NCBI GenBank assembly: GCA_963719945.1
Contig: CAVRDX010000001.1
Location: 64,001 to 128,000 of the forward strand
Length of the DNA: 64,000 nt
Direction: 5' to 3'
Source of the DNA: an uncultured Thermoplasmata archaeon
GTDB lineage: Archaea; Thermoplasmatota; Thermoplasmata; UBA10834
Part shown: one piece after another, positions 19,599-28,217 of the stretch
Position numbering within the stretch: position 1 is the first letter of the stretch
Layout of the letters: each line of letters opens with the position of its first letter
Made by a program: the position numbers and the translations under genes
The notes under the pieces: model-generated
What the model was told of the DNA's origin: nothing
Seen by the model: the letters and a program-made list of their open reading frames with translations, nothing else
Database searches by the model: none

Positions 19599-20765
19599 TT
19601 GCCACCGAGGATACTCATAGTCGATGACGAGAAGCTTATAGTCCAGATACTCAAGGACACACTCTCTTTGAAGGGTTTCGACGTGGTGGGGTTCGCTTTC
19701 GACGGGGACTCTGCGGTCAAGAAATATTTTGAACTCTCACCCAGACCTGACCTGATCATAATGGACCACAGGATGCCGGTCAAGAGTGGCATCGAAGCGA
19801 TGGATGAGATACTCGCCACTGACCCGTCGGCGAGGGTACTGTTCCTTAGCGCAGATGCGAGGATTCGCGACATCGCATTGGCCAGGGGTGCCATCGGATT
19901 CATCTCGAAACCCTTCGAAGGCTTGGACCTATTACGTGCAATCAAGAACGCTCTCGCGGAACAGAGGGACAAATCTCTCTCAGGATTCTCTATTCCAAAG
20001 GCCGTCAGTTCCTTATTCAAGCAGGGATACGAGTTGGGCGTGGAGGTCGGCTATTATGGACACATGGAAACGGTCGGATGGGTCAGCTCAAAACGAAAGG
20101 AACTGCTTTCTCTCGCCCAAGGATTGGAGGTCCTGCGAGAATACAATTCGGAATACGATAGAGGCAAGGAGGATGGGCGACACAGACGCGTGAAGCCCGA
20201 AGTATTGCGCAGAGAGGATCGCGGTGACGGCCACGCGATGTCTGGGGGAGGTGGTGGCATGGGCACGCGGGCAGAGGCCACCTCTTTCGTTGGGGTAGGC
20301 TCGATCTCTGATCCGTCATCTGCTCGACAATTGATATCGGAAGCTCCACTTCTTGTTCAGGCGGATATTCAAGGACTAGCTTCAATGTTCGTCAGATATC
20401 ATGATTCGTCTGTCGGGAGCGTGCAGGAACTCTATGCAATGCTCGAATCGATGGTCCCATTGAGACCGAATGACATCTCTGGAAATGGCAGGGAAATCAT
20501 TGATCGTGGTCTACAAGCTTTGGTCAGAAGTGGGTGGGCGACTTTCTACTCGGTGGACCTGATCGACATGGCTAGCGGAGAGGCCACCATTAGCATCGAA
20601 TCTGTGTTCGCAAGATGCTGTGGCCGTTTCGACCATACAATATGTAGGTTTCTTGAGCCGATATTAGGTGAGATGCTTACACGAGCAGTTGGTCGCAAGG
20701 CAACTGTTAGGGAGATATCTTGCATTGCTACTGGGTCGAATGCATGCGTATTCTCAACCGTATGA
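19599..20765 (+). CDS. Response regulator: receiver + unassigned helical domain + C-terminal V4R domain
   Basis: IVDD, MDHRMP, LSA, KPF receiver motifs; C-terminal C..C...EISC.A.G..AC.F V4R pattern. Confidence 0.85.
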   Translation: MPPRILIVDDEKLIVQILKDTLSLKGFDVVGFAFDGDSAVKKYFELSPRPDLIIMDHRMPVKSGIEAMDEILATDPSARVLFLSADARIRDIALARGAIGFISKPFEGLDLLRAIKNALAEQRDKSLSGFSIPKAVSSLFKQGYELGVEVGYYGHMETVGWVSSKRKELLSLAQGLEVLREYNSEYDRGKEDGRHRRVKPEVLRREDRGDGHAMSGGGGGMGTRAEATSFVGVGSISDPSSARQLISEAPLLVQADIQGLASMFVRYHDSSVGSVQELYAMLESMVPLRPNDISGNGREIIDRGLQALVRSGWATFYSVDLIDMASGEATISIESVFARCCGRFDHTICRFLEPILGEMLTRAVGRKATVREISCIATGSNACVFSTV

Positions 20766-20831
20766 TTAGACTCCAGTTTTGGTCCGGAAAGGTTTTTAAC
20801 CAGCATGGTTGATGGGCCCTCCTCTCAGCAA

Positions 20832-20903
20832 GGGCCGATAGATCAGCGGAAGATCGCCTGCTTTGCAAGCAGGAGGTCAGGGGTTCAAATCCCCTTCGGT
20901 CCA
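20832..20903 (+). tRNA. tRNA-Ala(UGC), CCA not encoded
   Basis: GGGCCGA/TCGGTCC acceptor stem with G3.U70, anticodon TT-TGC-AA, GGTTCAAATCC; TTTTTAA TATA upstream. Confidence 0.96.
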
Positions 20904-21040
20904 CACCTACGCATAGCCAGACAAATATTCTTTTTTCAACCAGAAGTTTCTGCTCCGATTGCGGTTTTGAATGTGCCAGGGAATCCGGATCCCTGAAAAG
21001 GTCATTCGACCCATCAATCGCTGCCTGCTCTTTTGCTCGG

Positions 21041-21331
21041 CTAGTATTTCTCCGTGGTATTCGTGCTATTGTGGTCCATGCCTTTCGATACTAGAGGCGT
21101 TGCTGACGCATCCCTATAAATGCATCTCTGTCCAAATGTGCTCCTGAAGTGTTTTGCTGTGAAGGATATGCCAGATATCGTCCAGCACACCCGTCCGCCG
21201 TTCTTGCCTCCATTCATATCGTCAGCAATGCGATAGGTTGATGCAGGACACGCTGCCCGGCATCCTACCTTCGTACCGCCAGGCTCCTTCCCACAGCTCA
21301 TGAATTCCCAGCAATTCGACACTGTATCCAT
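21041..21331 (-). CDS. Two-CW domain small Cys-rich protein, C-terminus apparently degenerate
   Basis: NCWEF..CG.EPGG...CPA...GGKNGGRVCW.ISG; final CxxC of the family not present. Confidence 0.65.
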   Translation of the reverse strand: MDTVSNCWEFMSCGKEPGGTKVGCRAACPASTYRIADDMNGGKNGGRVCWTISGISFTAKHFRSTFGQRCIYRDASATPLVSKGMDHNSTNTTEKY

Positions 21332-21402
21332 GAGGAAAAATGGAAATGAAGAGGTTTCCTTCGCCGTCTACGAGATTATCCACATTCGGTACATCATGTG
21401 AT

Positions 21403-22120
21403 TCAATGGTTCCACATAGTGATGTCGTAGAGGTATCCATAGTCGCCGCCTGCAATGTCATTGTGGCTATGAGCCGCGAGGCTGCCGACAGCAGAGTACG
21501 TAGCCATGAGTCATTACATAAGTGTAGAACTCGTACGTATGGCCAGCTATCAGTGTCACCGTGAACTTGACTTCTCCATACTTGTATGTGTCTTGATAGA
21601 AGCAGATACCCATGGTAACTGACGAGCCATAGATCTTGGTACCCTGATCGCCGTTTAATTTCCACGCATCGGCTGTTTTGTCATAGAGATTTCCATAAAC
21701 ATAACACGAATAGTCTGCTCTCGAACTTCCTACTCCAAATGTCGTTTCAGCATCCACAACGTAGTTGACAAGCCAGTGATACGCTATGGTCCTTGTTCCA
21801 CCAGTAGCTTCGGTATAGGTAATCCCCCTGAAGCCGGCCTTCGCATCTACTTGGGAAATTCCTGCAAATGCGGTAACTGCACTAGTGTCAACATACGCGT
21901 AGCCAGTGCTCGGTACAGCATACGGATTAGTGTAAACATCAACATGGCCGGCTAAACTCGAGGATTGCACAAGACTAGCAATCTGCACGCCATTATAGTA
22001 CGATGGCCTCCAATACTTGGGCCATGGTAATGGCACACCTGCAATCACTGGCGCGGATATAGACACAACAAATAGCAGAACGACCACACAGCTCATTGCA
22101 GCTAGAACTCTCCTTTGCAT
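21403..22120 (-). CDS. Secreted Tyr/Gly-rich beta protein with an apparent +1 frameshift near 21500
   Basis: GGAGGTGA RBS, signal peptide; the shifted frame continues YSAVGSLAAHSHNDIAGGDYGYLYDITMWNH to a stop at 21403. Confidence 0.65.
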
Positions 22121-22260
22121 TATTTCACCTCCTCCTCGAACCACTTTTGAGGCACGTATATAATGCGCTTGATGCGCTATTTATTCGTTTCTGGAGCACC
22201 TCCCCTGTGAGTGAATCTACATTTTACTGGAGGAAAAAGGTTCGGAGAGGAGCGATGATC

Positions 22261-22356
22261 CCTCCAAAAGAATAACGGATTTGCTTTTTTTCAATCCGTC
22301 TCCTCGGCGAAGATGTCCTAACAATGGCATCTTGGGGTGCGAGCCCTCACAGGGTC
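22261..22356 (+). repeat. Intergenic repeat family I, copy A
   Basis: 69/85 ungapped identity (hand count) to 23251-23335; core TCTCCTCGGCGAAGATG. Confidence 0.85.
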
Positions 22357-22433
22357 ATCAATGACGAGAATAGGCTCATAATCAATAGAAAGGTCCTTAA
22401 CCTCGTTATGCTGATTTGGGTATGGAGGAAACA

Positions 22434-23225
22434 ATGGCTGAAGTGGGTAAGTTATATGCGAAGGGACTTCACAAGCGATTCTCATATTTGGCTACCTGGC
22501 TGCCCAACACCAATTTGATGCTGGGCGACGTGGGACGATTGCACGGAGAAATCTTCACAATAGAAACGACTCTTAAGGAACTCGGCGTGCCATTCCATGT
22601 TAGGAAAGGCAAGAAGCCAGTCAAGTTCAACTACACATCACAGTCCGGGATTTCGGTGAACGCCAAGGCGGCGGGGCAGGTGGCCACCGGAACGACTCTG
22701 CCTCAGGCTCAGGCAGGTGTTTCTATCAAATTCAGCAAGGAAGGGGCATTCTTGTTCCAAGCGACCGAGTGCAAGGTGGATGAGATTGAAGACAAGGCAG
22801 AGCTTGGCACAGCAATTATCGCACTGCTGATTAACAAGAAGTGGAATCCTGATTGGGTCGTTGTTGACACTCTAGTTAGGGCAGGCTCTGCGACAATTGC
22901 CGTATCAAACTCCCGTAACGCTGCTCTTGACCTTACCGCAAAGACGGATGTTAAGATAGCTAACCTCGCCAATCTCGATGCAGGATTAAACATGAGCCAC
23001 CAAAGCGGTGATGTCATTCAATTCATAGCTGAGAAGGGTTTGTCTCCGTTATACAAGCTCTCTCGCGTGAAGCAATCGTGGATTCAGAAACTGCTAAACC
23101 AACCCGGTGAATTCGACCGTTACGCGCTCATTGGAACCTACAAGAATAAATCGATAGAATCTCCGGATAAGAAAATTCCCAAGGGAAAACCACTTGAGAC
23201 AGTTACACCGCGCTGGGATCAGTGA
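22434..23225 (+). CDS. Gasdermin-like pore-forming protein (putative)
   Basis: 263 aa, GGAGG RBS; Y.ATWLP...LGDVG, alternating beta strands, WVVVDTLVRAGSATIAVSNSRNAALDLTAK and IQFIAE.GLSPLYKL match the order of microbial gasdermin motifs; short C-terminal tail. Confidence 0.7.
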   Translation: MAEVGKLYAKGLHKRFSYLATWLPNTNLMLGDVGRLHGEIFTIETTLKELGVPFHVRKGKKPVKFNYTSQSGISVNAKAAGQVATGTTLPQAQAGVSIKFSKEGAFLFQATECKVDEIEDKAELGTAIIALLINKKWNPDWVVVDTLVRAGSATIAVSNSRNAALDLTAKTDVKIANLANLDAGLNMSHQSGDVIQFIAEKGLSPLYKLSRVKQSWIQKLLNQPGEFDRYALIGTYKNKSIESPDKKIPKGKPLETVTPRWDQ

Positions 23226-23250
23226 AGAGATTTGCGAGGGGCTACAAACC

Positions 23251-23370
23251 CCTGCAAAAGAACAATGGGTTTGCTATCTCTCAATGCGTCTCCTCGGCGA
23301 AGATGCCCTGAAAAGGGTATTTTGTGGTGCGAACCAGTCAGGTTCGTGCTCTCTTTTCCCACAGGGTCCA
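23251..23370 (+). repeat. Intergenic repeat family I, copy B
   Basis: Direct repeat of 22261-22356; hairpin AAGATGCCCT-GAAA-AGGGTATTTT. Confidence 0.85.
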
Positions 23371-23443
23371 CTATTTTGCTGGAAATTGGCAAAGCAGTAA
23401 TTCTCCTTACCACCAGACCTTGAAAAGATACTCATTGAATTGT

Positions 23444-24013
23444 TCAGATTCGTTTCAGGAATCGAAAGTAATCATGTTCCACAGATTCGACCCTGGATCC
23501 GCGCTTCCTCTTGAATATGCACCGTACGATGATCTGGCAACCAACAATCACCGCAATGAATACAATGCCCCAGAGGACAAGTGGATTGCGTTCGAGAAAG
23601 GTTAGTGGCTCTGCGAAATTCACATCACTCTTTGAAATCAGGCATAGCGAATAGAACTCGCTACGTTCATCCCCGTAGTGAATCAGCGTAGCGTTGAACG
23701 TGTCACCTATTCTCCAGCCCTGAGAACTCGCAATTGAATCATAAGAGTCATCTGATTCGTTTAAGAACTTCGCTTCTGCATTAATTGTTTGGTCTAGAAG
23801 AATGGAGGATTCGCTCCAGGAGATATGAATCTTGAAGTAGCAGGCCCCAGAATCCAGCCACATATCGTCTACGGCCCCGAGGACCACTGCATCCGAATAA
23901 AATGGTGATGCATAGACTCTTTGAGAAAATGGAATCGTCAATACCATGAACGACATCGTGCATATAATCAATGCAGCCGCTATGCGGGCAAGAAATCGCA
24001 TGTTTCTCATCAA
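23444..24013 (-). CDS. Hypothetical membrane-anchored exported protein
   Basis: N-terminal signal/TM segment, C-terminal TM followed by a basic cluster. Confidence 0.7.
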   Translation of the reverse strand: MMRNMRFLARIAAALIICTMSFMVLTIPFSQRVYASPFYSDAVVLGAVDDMWLDSGACYFKIHISWSESSILLDQTINAEAKFLNESDDSYDSIASSQGWRIGDTFNATLIHYGDERSEFYSLCLISKSDVNFAEPLTFLERNPLVLWGIVFIAVIVGCQIIVRCIFKRKRGSRVESVEHDYFRFLKRI

Positions 24014-24105
24014 GATGGAGGCCTCTATTCCCTGTTGCCATTCCCGCTAAATAAATCTTCAGTCAATCACGAGTAGGTTTGGATGACGAGTCGATTGACT
24101 TCGAT

Positions 24106-24176
24106 CAATTCCCCGTTGATTGAAATCAGAAAAAGGGAGTCTAGCTTAAGTAGGGTTCATGGCCCGGCGGCCGCAC
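24106..24176 (+). repeat. Intergenic repeat family II, copy X
   Basis: Ungapped match to 24731-24801: 19/22 block, 13-nt variable spacer, 24/36 block. Confidence 0.7.
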
Positions 24177-24274
24177 ACTCAGAGAAAATGCCATAGGAGT
24201 GGAAGGGGAGAGAAACTCGCTAACAGAGTAAGGGCGGAAAGTTTCAAGCCAAGAGACTTCAATGACCGCCAACT

Positions 24275-24721
24275 GTGCTGGCGACATCTCTGATCGGGTC
24301 TCGACAATCCTCGAAGGCCGGAGGCACCCATCCCTATGCCGTATCCGTGATTCTTGTGACACTCATTCTTGGAATCATGATGACTGCAGCAGGGATTGCT
24401 CTGATGATTTCTGACTTCGGGCTGATATTATTCGCTCTTGGAGTGGTATTCCTAGCTGTGTCATTTGCGGCTAGTCGACAACTTAGCGTATTCTTGTATC
24501 TGCCCGGGGAATCGACAGTGATGGCGTTGTATGTTGCAGTAGAGGCCTTGGCAGGTGCAGCTCTGGGATTCGTGGGGGTTGGCAATGTTGTTTTCGATTC
24601 CGAAGCTTTTGATTGGAGTCTTGTGGCAATCGCCATGTTTGGGTTATTGCTCGTTGCCGACTCTTTGCTCCTCCATCGCAGAGGCTTCAAGCAAGGTTTG
24701 GGAAAAGAGAAGAAGGTTTAG
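24275..24721 (+). CDS. Hypothetical 4-TM membrane protein
   Basis: Four hydrophobic helices, basic C-terminus. Confidence 0.7.
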   Translation: MLATSLIGSRQSSKAGGTHPYAVSVILVTLILGIMMTAAGIALMISDFGLILFALGVVFLAVSFAASRQLSVFLYLPGESTVMALYVAVEALAGAALGFVGVGNVVFDSEAFDWSLVAIAMFGLLLVADSLLLHRRGFKQGLGKEKKV

Positions 24722-24730
24722 ATTCGAGCC

Positions 24731-24801
24731 CAATTTCCCGCTGATTGAATTCGAGTCGTGACATACTGGCTCGATAGGGGTTCATATCCAGACGACCGCG
24801 C
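24731..24801 (+). repeat. Intergenic repeat family II, copy Y
   Basis: CAATTTCCCGCTGATTGAATTC...GGGTTCAT..CC.G.CG.CCGC, direct repeat of 24106-24176. Confidence 0.7.
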
Positions 24802-24895
24802 TGGCATTCTTCTGAGAAGAGATTTCAAGAGAGGCCAGAGTGCAAGAAACAAGATATAGACGAGATACGTTCATGAACGAAGGGGGAATGAGACA

Positions 24896-25645
24896 GTGAC
24901 TGGAGGTAAGTGGGCCTTATGGTCTTTTGTGGCATTGATTGCACTGTGCTTCGTCCTTGTAGGAGTATCGGAACTCCATTGGAAGGTTGACCCCAGCTCG
25001 GGTGAACTCGGTGAGACGGTCGACTATGCGTTCACACTCAGATCGTATGACCTGCACGCAGGCGACACAATCTACTATGAGTATGAATCCAGCGTGATGT
25101 GCCTGTTCATCATCACGACCGACCCGGTCAATCCTGAGGTTGGCGAGAAGCTCAACTTATCGGGCCCTCGGAACAGCGGTTCATTTGAGTGTCTGACGGA
25201 CGGGCTGTACTATCTGCGGGTGGATTTCTTCGAGACACCAGCGACAATCAACTACGAACTATACGCCTTCGATCAGTCCTCTGTCCTGGTGATGACAGTG
25301 AAACCCATTGTATTGACTGTGTCGACAGTCTTGCTTGCATTCTTGCTCTATAGGGCTTTCAGAGATGATCGCTTGACTGATCCTGAGAAGGAGCAGGCAA
25401 AACTCGAGAGATACTGGGCATGCTTCACATCAAGGGTCTTCCACTGGGTTGTGATTGTCGCGGGGGCGGTCATGCTCACGGTGGCTTCGTTCATCGACTA
25501 TCTCAATTGGACGATCGACCGCCCTGAACTCGTCCCGGTTTGGCCGCTTCAGATACTTCAGATAGGAGGAATGGCTGTATACTTTGGGCTGTTGCTTGGC
25601 CTGTTCAACACATGGGCCATGTGCAGAGGCCAGATGTCCGGATGA
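24896..25645 (+). CDS. Hypothetical membrane protein (TM, extracellular beta domain, 3 TM)
   Basis: Hydropathy pattern; purine-rich RBS. Confidence 0.75.
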   Translation: MTGGKWALWSFVALIALCFVLVGVSELHWKVDPSSGELGETVDYAFTLRSYDLHAGDTIYYEYESSVMCLFIITTDPVNPEVGEKLNLSGPRNSGSFECLTDGLYYLRVDFFETPATINYELYAFDQSSVLVMTVKPIVLTVSTVLLAFLLYRAFRDDRLTDPEKEQAKLERYWACFTSRVFHWVVIVAGAVMLTVASFIDYLNWTIDRPELVPVWPLQILQIGGMAVYFGLLLGLFNTWAMCRGQMSG

Positions 25646-25650
25646 TGGCT

Positions 25651-26139
25651 TCAGAACGAGCCGAGGATGGTGGTGGCGAACTCATCTACATCTCCCTGCC
25701 AGCCTTCCTTCAGCGGCCCCTTCATCGTCTCCGCTGATACTAAGAATATCTTGTCGGCAACTTTCACCAGCCCCTTCTCCTTCAAAATCTCATCCAGAAC
25801 CGGTACGGTCTTCCTCCATCGATTGAGCTCTTCCTCTGTCGGCATCCGTCCGGTCTTCTTATCTGGTGCTGCGTCTCCGTGGGTCGCGAATATGGCATAC
25901 TTTGTTCCCGACGCAAGTGAGACCTTTTTGATGAAACGTCTCATGCTCCCTAGTGGCCCGCCGAATCGCGTAGGTGACCCAAAGATGTACAGGTCTGCGA
26001 GAGCCAGCTCCTTAGGTTTCGATTCTCTGATATGATGCACGTTCACCTGATGGCCTTTTGTCTCCATGACCCGTCGCAACTCATCAGCGACCTTCGCTCC
26101 GTTCCCAAACTTCGAGGCGTGATATAGCTCAATCTTCAT
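25651..26139 (-). CDS. Flavodoxin-like protein
   Basis: HASKFGNG..VA (S/TxxGN loop), DLYIFGSPTRFG, AIFATHG. Confidence 0.85.
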   Translation of the reverse strand: MKIELYHASKFGNGAKVADELRRVMETKGHQVNVHHIRESKPKELALADLYIFGSPTRFGGPLGSMRRFIKKVSLASGTKYAIFATHGDAAPDKKTGRMPTEEELNRWRKTVPVLDEILKEKGLVKVADKIFLVSAETMKGPLKEGWQGDVDEFATTILGSF

Positions 26140-26312
26140 GAGAAATCCCTTCCTAAATATCGAATGCAACTAATCACTCATAATGATATCTTGCAGGCCC
26201 CCTGATCGGAAAACAGCCAGGTGGCATGAGTGAGATTCCTTTCGATCCAACCCATGAGCGAAGCCATTAAGTCATCCAGAACGATTCAGAGTTCTGGTTT
26301 GGGGAATTGGCG

Positions 26313-26786
26313 ATGAAATGTCCAAAATGTGGGACAGATGTGCTTGATCTGGAATTGCGGAATGAATTAAGACTCAACAGAATCATCCTGATTGCTGCAA
26401 CAGTTGTGATTGCCATCACGATAATAGCAGCTGCCATCTATGCGGTTGGCGCGCTAAAACCAAAACCTGAATTGGTGGGGGTTATTGAGGTAGGTTCCCT
26501 TTCATACTATGATGATGGTAGCGATGGTTGGTACTCCAAGTCGTGTTCAGGACATATCTTCAATGTCGGCTCCATAGGTTGTGTTGCCGAAGTAACCGTT
26601 AATCTGTCAGATGCACGAGGATGGAGTTATGAAACCACTATAGTCACGGGATGGATGCCTGCTGGAGATACTGCAAGTGTCTATTTCTGGTTCGACGTAC
26701 CCAAAATATTCAACGCACAGGAAGCGGACATCGACGGAGTGAAACTAAACGTGGATTTCAGATATCTAGACTCTGGTGAGTGGTAG
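26313..26786 (+). CDS. Membrane-anchored protein with N-terminal CPKCG half zinc ribbon and extracellular beta domain
   Basis: MKCPKCG, single TM, G.I.N.G...C.A.VTV.L.D beta pattern. Confidence 0.75.
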   Translation: MKCPKCGTDVLDLELRNELRLNRIILIAATVVIAITIIAAAIYAVGALKPKPELVGVIEVGSLSYYDDGSDGWYSKSCSGHIFNVGSIGCVAEVTVNLSDARGWSYETTIVTGWMPAGDTASVYFWFDVPKIFNAQEADIDGVKLNVDFRYLDSGEW

Positions 26787-26807
26787 GGCGCGGTCGATAA
26801 TTGGAGA

Positions 26808-26943
26808 CTTCCTTGATTGAAATTGGAGAAATGGGACGGGGTCTACTCTAACTCTTAATCATTTGCCTTGGCGAAGTGCTCTGACAAGGGCATTTTGAGG
26901 CGCTGGCCTGCAGTTTCGTGCTCCACAATCTCATAGGGCCCAA
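26808..26943 (+). repeat. Composite repeat copy C (family II core followed by family I)
   Basis: TTGATTGAAAT then CCTTGGCGAAGTGCTCT-GACA-AGGGCATTTTG...TTCGTGCTC...CATAGGGCCCA, roughly 70-75% identical to 23292-23370. Confidence 0.75.
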
Positions 26944-27122
26944 TAAGCGGTCATATCCGTTCTAGAGGGCGCAGATGCTTCTCATGGATACAGCACTAAA
27001 TTGTGATTAAGAACACGAATTCTGAGACGGCCAATGGTATCCATATTCCCTCATTTGCCTTCCTTTGTATACGAATAGCTTAAATCTTCAAAGACGATTA
27101 TTATTTGGAGGATGGCGATGCT

Positions 27123-27305
27123 ATGAACATTCGGTGGTCATTGTCACGTCAATCGTGGATTATGCTTGTTGCCATCGATGCATGTGGGTTCATCACCATT
27201 GGCAAAGGTATAATTATTCTTGGACAAGAGTGGTATTATGGCGTTGCGGCAATAGTGACAGGCATTGCCCTGCTTTGGTACAATACACCGCCGAGCAAGA
27301 ATTAG
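27123..27305 (+). CDS. Small 2-TM membrane protein
   Basis: GGAGG RBS upstream, two hydrophobic segments. Confidence 0.6.
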   Translation: MNIRWSLSRQSWIMLVAIDACGFITIGKGIIILGQEWYYGVAAIVTGIALLWYNTPPSKN

Positions 27306-27360
27306 AGGAACCGGTTCAACAGATCTCTCCAAGATTCATAGGGTGAGTAGGCATGAAGCG

Positions 27361-27852
27361 ATGATTTCCCCACGATTTATTGATGTTCTGAGAAAGTTGA
27401 GCGGTCAACTGGAGGACCAGGGTGTGGTCTGGGCGGTCGGTGGTAGCTTGGGACTCGCGCTCAGAGGTGCTAGTGTTGATCCACGTGACATTGACATAAT
27501 TACAGACAGGGTTGGCGCATACCACATTGAGCGCATCTTCTCAGATGCAGTGATTTCTCCAGTCTCGCTCAAGACCAGCAACAAGATTCAATCACACTTT
27601 GGTGCATTGAACATAGATGATGTCAAGGTCGAGATCATGGGCGATTTTCAGATTCGCCTGGAAGACGGGACTTGGCAACCCCCTCCCGATTTCACGAGGC
27701 TGAAACAGTTGGTCCTGCTCGAAGGGATGTCAATTCCAGTCCTCTCGCTGATATGGGAGTATGATTCATATTCGAAACTAGGCAGGACCGATAGAGCAGA
27801 ATCCGTGATGGCAATCATTGGACGCCAAGCCGTTATGGAACGTCTATTGTGA
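27361..27852 (+). CDS. Pol-beta superfamily nucleotidyltransferase
   Basis: WAVGGSLGLALRG....RDIDIITD, third acidic residue in KVEIMGD. Confidence 0.88.
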   Translation: MISPRFIDVLRKLSGQLEDQGVVWAVGGSLGLALRGASVDPRDIDIITDRVGAYHIERIFSDAVISPVSLKTSNKIQSHFGALNIDDVKVEIMGDFQIRLEDGTWQPPPDFTRLKQLVLLEGMSIPVLSLIWEYDSYSKLGRTDRAESVMAIIGRQAVMERLL

Positions 27853-27953
27853 CGGAAGGCGATTCGGATGCAAATGGGCTGCCAACCGCCGAGTCCATGA
27901 CTTCGTCGAAGTCATGCGAAACTGAATTAGGCGATGAATGATGATATGGTTAC

Positions 27954-28217
27954 ATGAACCTCGAAGAGACAATGGATCCCATTGAACCGAGGGGAAGCCT
28001 TAGAGTGATTTTCATCGTATTGGTGATGCTTGCCGTGATTGATTTCTGCATCTTAATTTGGGTAGTTCCTTGGGCGGATGAGGCTTATCGTTCCCTATCC
28101 GGATCTATGGGCTATGTGATCACGTTTCTGACGGTGTTCGTGAACTTGCTCATCGGTCTAGCCTTGGTCGCTTACTACTTCAAGAGCCAATCATATCCTT
28201 CGGATAGATGGCAATGA
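27954..28217 (+). CDS. Small 2-TM membrane protein
   Basis: Two hydrophobic helices. Confidence 0.65.
   Translation: MNLEETMDPIEPRGSLRVIFIVLVMLAVIDFCILIWVVPWADEAYRSLSGSMGYVITFLTVFVNLLIGLALVAYYFKSQSYPSDRWQ

Noticed and set aside
23219-23423. Short ORFs across repeat copy B (e.g. HKIPFSGHLRRGD)
   Set aside because: The frame is broken in copy C and there is no RBS; substitutions fit hairpin conservation better than codon conservation.
22261-26943. Repeats as a CRISPR array or canonical integron attC sites
   Set aside because: Repeats are long, degenerate and separated by whole genes; no cas or intI gene; no RYYYAAC...GTTRRRY ends seen.
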